Assembly (NCBI GenBank): GCA_002269645.1
Contig: NIVC01000267.1
Coordinates: 317,902 to 381,901, forward strand
Source: Macrostomum lignano
Lineage: Eukaryota
Direction: 5' to 3'
Length of the DNA stretch: 64,000 nucleotides
This document shows positions 61,786 through 64,000 of this stretch, one piece after another. A program made the translations under genes and the position numbers. The first letter of the stretch is position 1. Each line of letters begins with the position of its first letter. A model generated the notes under the pieces. That model made no database searches and had not been told where the DNA came from. It saw only the letters and a list, made by a program, of their open reading frames with translations.

Positions 61786-64000
61786 AGTGCATGTCGAGAT
61801 ACGGAATTTGAGCGGTGACTCATTTTTCAGTCTTCTTCTACTAAGTCTTGCTCGCCAGTTCTCTGTGACAGTCAAACGCGCAGTAAAGAAGAGAGAAAAA
61901 GTGAGATCTAACTCTAGAGAGCAGTTAGCTGAGCAGTCACGCGCCTACTAAACTCAACTAATAAATAGTCTCACTAAGCTTAACTTTTCCCTGTAGCACA
62001 TGAAAAATATACTGCACAGGAAAGGAATTCACAGTACTGGGAAAATTTGTATCGATAAATCGATGAGGCTACCCAGGAAAGAGTAGAGAAAGTAAAAGTG
62101 CTGCAGCACACAGTTTTACAATTTACTACTCTGGCTAAATTGATGAAAAACTCAAGGCAGAAGACAGAAACAGAGAGAGAGTGAGAACAGATATAAAAGT
62201 GCTTAAATGGACTGACGCTCGGCAGAAATTGGGATTTGGGAGAGGGGCGACAGCAGCTGCACCGCGGGGGGGGGGGGGACAGATGGGGTGGAGCCGACGA
62301 TCGTATCAATAAAAAATTCAGCCAGGCACCGCTTGGGTGCCGGAGTACTTCTCCCTTTTCCAATCTTTCCAAGCCAGCAGCCTAAATAGAAGGCCTCCTG
62401 GCTGGAGAGGAAAGGCAAGCTCTTTAGCTGAGCGCAGACTCTCAAGTGGCGAGGCTCCATCTAGTTAACTAGCTGATAGAATGCGAAATGATATATAGCA
62501 TAGAATTTTACTATGGAGGAAGTTAGGGAAGTTATCGACAAATGAGCAGGACTGTATTCAGAAAATTTCATCACCGCAATGGAGAGAGCTAACAAAATGC
62601 AATCAAAGCTTCTAAGGTATAATTTATGCTTAATGGTAAATCCAAGCTAAAAAATCCTGTTCAACATTGCATTGCATCCATACCATACCACATAAAACTA
62701 GGGTGGGACCTACAAGTAATAGGTAATAATAGCAAAATGCACATATTGCTACTGTAAGTAGAGTGGATTGAATTAATAGTTCACATTAACATGAAGTATT
62801 ACTACTCTCCAGTACATTGATGCTTATAACCTACACATGAATGCAAATTAAAACTCTGATAGTTGATTGGTTGACAAAAATTAGCAAAATGTAGTAAAGT
62901 AACAAAAACTATAAAAATGAATTAAAAACTCTATAGTAGTATATATATATATCCATTCTCATAAAAATCTCATTCAAGTATTGCACTTTCTTATATACCC
63001 AAAAAGTTATTATAGACAATATAATTGCTTCCTATTATACTACAATAAATATATCATATAAAACTAAGCTCAGTATTGCTATAAACCATATTAAATTTAA
63101 TATCATAAAATTAAATAAACCGAAATTCTAAAATAAGCTAACATTAAGTCTAGATATCTACTTAAAGGTCAGCCTTTATGGGTATGAATAGCATAGTCCA
63201 TAGCCATTTTTTCATAACCCTAATTTACTATGTATATACATAAAACAAACTAAGTAAGTCTAAGTAGTATCTACCTTATACATGCAACTAACCTTGCATC
63301 CTTGTCAATATAGCCAACATAAATTATGATAGATCAAGGATAGGATAATTTGCAAAATAAGCAACTTTCTTGGCATTTTTGAAAATTAATTAAAGTTAAT
63401 TATCAGCAATGTTGGGCACCAGTCCATTAATAAGCATTAATAAGCATTAAGATTTTTATTAACATTAACAGACTGCCATTAAGATTTTTTTGAACTAATG
63501 GATTAACAAATTTGTGTTAATAATTTTGTGAGTTAATGACAAATATATTGTTAACATTAATGGCAATGTCAATGACCAAAGACACGAAGAAAGAACAAAA
63601 ATATAAGTCTGAAAAGAAAATACAACATTACAAATATATTAGAATTTACCTAAATACCTAATTAATCTCTTTGTTTATGACAAATGATCATGCAAATGTA
63701 ACAACTTCTTACTAAAGAACTTTAATAATGAAAATTTAAATTGTGAACTTTATTACTTGTGTGTGAGCATTGATTGCTTTGATTCATTTCTTTCCCAATC
63801 TTTTATAATCTGCTATACCTGCTAATGCTATTGAAACAACCTTCTTATTTGTATCTTATTATAACTAATTATGAAGTTGGTTGCTGAAATTTTTGAGCGT
63901 TGCAAAATTTTGAGCATATGAAGTTTTGGGTTTGTGAAAATGGCTGCTAATATGGTTTTTAAGGTTGTGAATTTGAGCTTATGAAATTTCAAGCTTATGA

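Overview
Eukaryotic (animal) genomic DNA, not prokaryotic: GC-rich exons with GT-AG introns sit in AT-rich spacers crowded with minisatellites. The style suggests a free-living flatworm such as Macrostomum (inference, unverified). Seven protein-coding genes were assembled by hand from the ORF track plus splice sites: a TRH-receptor-like GPCR (-), CCDC151/ODAD3 (-), a C3orf18/SMIM29-like small membrane protein (+), an 8-exon MPHOSPH9-like gene (+), an HCFC1R1/CCDC117-motif protein (+), a six-finger C2H2 protein (-) and a secreted, probably GPI-anchored LDLa-domain protein (-). About 30 unrelated tandem arrays are present, and all 10 predicted introns over 200 bp contain one. Mobile DNA includes a fold-back mariner derivative with ~375-bp inverted arms, a Helitron/DINE-like family whose copies share a tRNA-like segment and core but carry different satellites, hAT-like fragments and tRNA-SINE-like fragments. 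Most long ORFs in the track are translations of repeats. Family calls rest on remembered motifs; no database searches were run.
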